Shown here one piece after another: positions 31,801-32,000 of a stretch of 32,000 bases of DNA. Source of the DNA: Geotalea uraniireducens Rf4 (GTDB taxonomy: Bacteria; Desulfobacterota; Desulfuromonadia; Geobacterales; Geobacteraceae); the NCBI RefSeq assembly GCF_000016745.1, contig NC_009483.1, forward strand, positions 540,001-572,000. Reading direction: 5' to 3'. The notes below the pieces were generated by a model, which was given only the letters and a program-made list of their open reading frames with translations, made no database searches and was not told the DNA's origin. The position numbers and the translations under genes were made by a program. Position 1 is the stretch's first letter; each line of letters starts with the position of its first letter.

Positions 31801-32000
31801 AAATGATGCTATTCACATGACACGTGATTACACGAAACCAAGCAACATAAGGGTTGCTGTTGATCCGCAGTACAAGTTCAACGCGGCACTGCAGATCAGG
31901 TACAGCAGCAACCAGGTTGATCCGCCGCTTGTGAATTCAACTGGCACCTGTTCTAATGTCAGCTGTCACTTCCAGCCGACACCACGCTGGAGTACGATAA
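28844..32000 (+). CDS. Giant secreted multiheme c-type cytochrome (partial; continues beyond the window), containing the Geobacter-type CxxxxCH...CXXCH repeat unit
   Basis: It is not in the supplied ORF track because no stop occurs before the window end. I translated the frame by hand from the ATG at 28844 (AGGAG SD at 28832-28836) to 32000 and found no stop in 1052 codons. The signal peptide is MKRPITNALATLMMVFIVATTAYA. There are 23 CXXCH motifs (the first, CSVCH, at 28976-28990), 3 CX4CH (CSTVYCH at 30362-30382, CSAVYCH, CSNVSCH) and 1 CX3CH (CTASCH). Confidence 0.9.
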   Translation, partial: MKRPITNALATLMMVFIVATTAYAKELSSPHTFGIQSDGSTVDTCSVCHASALPTGAAANNVCLVCHKAGSAYSLTKQFFKGDMANPFGTTVEDDSNSNYSHSSHEWSATDNNPAAGALPPTNSAMKTVTAYNGLLSCNRCHSVHQLDSIPAAQKPLLRVQNSNNEMCLDCHRLRNTQSHLTGTHPVNINYTTVAKNNPAKFYPQPVNSNPNNLTSAMNLINGNILCTTCHGIHYTDSNSHTFDNRTTALTGRLAPSKGYLLRTDYRNYSSSLNSPNICTNCHANKFEHNGGEQRVVCTDCHSGHVDYDPNALTSQDRVPNIYMIKRYMNWSSPTGWKDNRKLATPKQTFYQDAGATTKLFKRADGKGVCQGCHEVPVAGLTSPNGNIYPDEHGTSNLVDAPASSCISCHNHDTPAPEGSFAASCTSCHGQPPTATSAAAGYTGNEAVSAHLRHTGYSYGCKECHYSGAPSDLHRNGSFKDVFTTYTSGMIARKFGANPQYNPDNTCSTVYCHSNGAVPPVYQTPPNWFGGNITTCDACHEASPTTNAHAKHIGAPNNYSCENCHAATATGSTVIKDKTKHANGGKEVQFSSTALPFVNTGSFASATCSAVYCHSDGAETYATPVWTNSSTGACGTCHATTTRATAAHQPHLSTSVAYGPKLNNLPVAAACNSCHGPDYTVNHINGSVQLVADTSCTASCHKNGLGTSTWTSGIRPTCESCHAGLLSVIDGKTAPDKGLFQTLGHGKNSSSTSVVMNYVCTSCHDSNAAHINPPVRDGRLQSNLTSSFNAQCNYCHNDSLKVTTLSKLNLPSHVLDKNASPTASSCSLCHDLHGSSNRSMIRDIINGQSVSFKNSTCVTTSLNANGVYAGLCQVCHTLTRFYKNSVAEGSHYTTGCLSCHKHTDNTNGQPADAAFYAFKPTGNCNDCHGYPPVQSLDGIAVQGNYSGARLNDYIGGGGAHSVAGHIPKTVKPADGWANCAKCHYGANDAIHMTRDYTKPSNIRVAVDPQYKFNAALQIRYSSNQVDPPLVNSTGTCSNVSCHFQPTPRWSTI

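Noticed and set aside
1-32000. Search for rRNA, tRNA, CRISPR arrays, transposase/integrase genes, toxin-antitoxin pairs or recognisable phage-defence genes
   Set aside because: None was recognised. The repeats present are palindromic or heptameric intergenic elements, not spacer-interrupted arrays, and no ORF has recombinase, nuclease or defence-type signatures that I can identify by eye.

Overview
The window looks like chromosomal DNA from a Geobacter-type (Desulfuromonadales) anaerobe. That assignment is inferred from gene content only: hgcAB, many c-type cytochromes, a heme-containing sensor kinase and sigma-54 regulation. I support about 27 protein-coding genes and recognised no rRNA, tRNA, CRISPR array, transposase or integrase.

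Gene order, left to right:
- A 4x[4Fe-4S] electron-transfer subunit (129-887) is followed by a 31-codon twin-arginine leader remnant.
- A lower-GC cassette encodes a periplasmic binding protein plus a methyl-accepting chemotaxis protein (1145-4522) and is bracketed by terminators.
- A Tat-exported molybdopterin oxidoreductase catalytic subunit (4705-7929) has its stop codon inside a 169-bp long-palindrome element.
- An adenosine-deaminase-family lipoprotein (8132-9832) is followed by a cluster of GC hairpins.
- A MarR-family regulator carrying vicinal cysteine pairs sits immediately upstream of the mercury-methylation pair hgcA/hgcB (10285-12237).
- Convergent on hgcB is a minus-strand pair: a small diheme cytochrome and an HExxH protein.
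- A minus-strand operon encodes a membrane protein, a 2-hydroxyacyl-CoA-dehydratase-family protein and an activase.
- Then come murI, a GerMN-domain protein, a short-form metH, a hypothetical protein, a split transketolase and a pseudopilin-like protein.
- Next are a CXXCH-containing sensor kinase and an NtrC-type sigma-54 activator.
- A good -24/-12 promoter precedes a secreted NHL-propeller/Ig-repeat/dockerin protein.
- The last gene is a very large multiheme cytochrome (28844 to beyond 32000). It is missing from the supplied ORF track because it runs off the window end.

Most interesting observations:
1. The hgcA reading frame stays open and coding-like for 174 nt upstream of the tracked TTG start, back to an ATG with a Shine-Dalgarno (SD) site 16 nt after marR. 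It is interrupted only by one in-frame TGA directly after a Cys codon. A GC hairpin starts 11 nt downstream of that TGA, so this is a candidate Cys-Sec N-terminal extension of HgcA.
2. The MarR regulator has CC-x2-CC and terminal CC motifs, matching the CC tail of HgcB.
3. The heme-sensor two-component system, sigma-54 promoter, NHL/dockerin protein and giant cytochrome form a candidate redox-controlled extracellular electron-transfer module.
4. Several structured repeat elements occur in intergenic regions.
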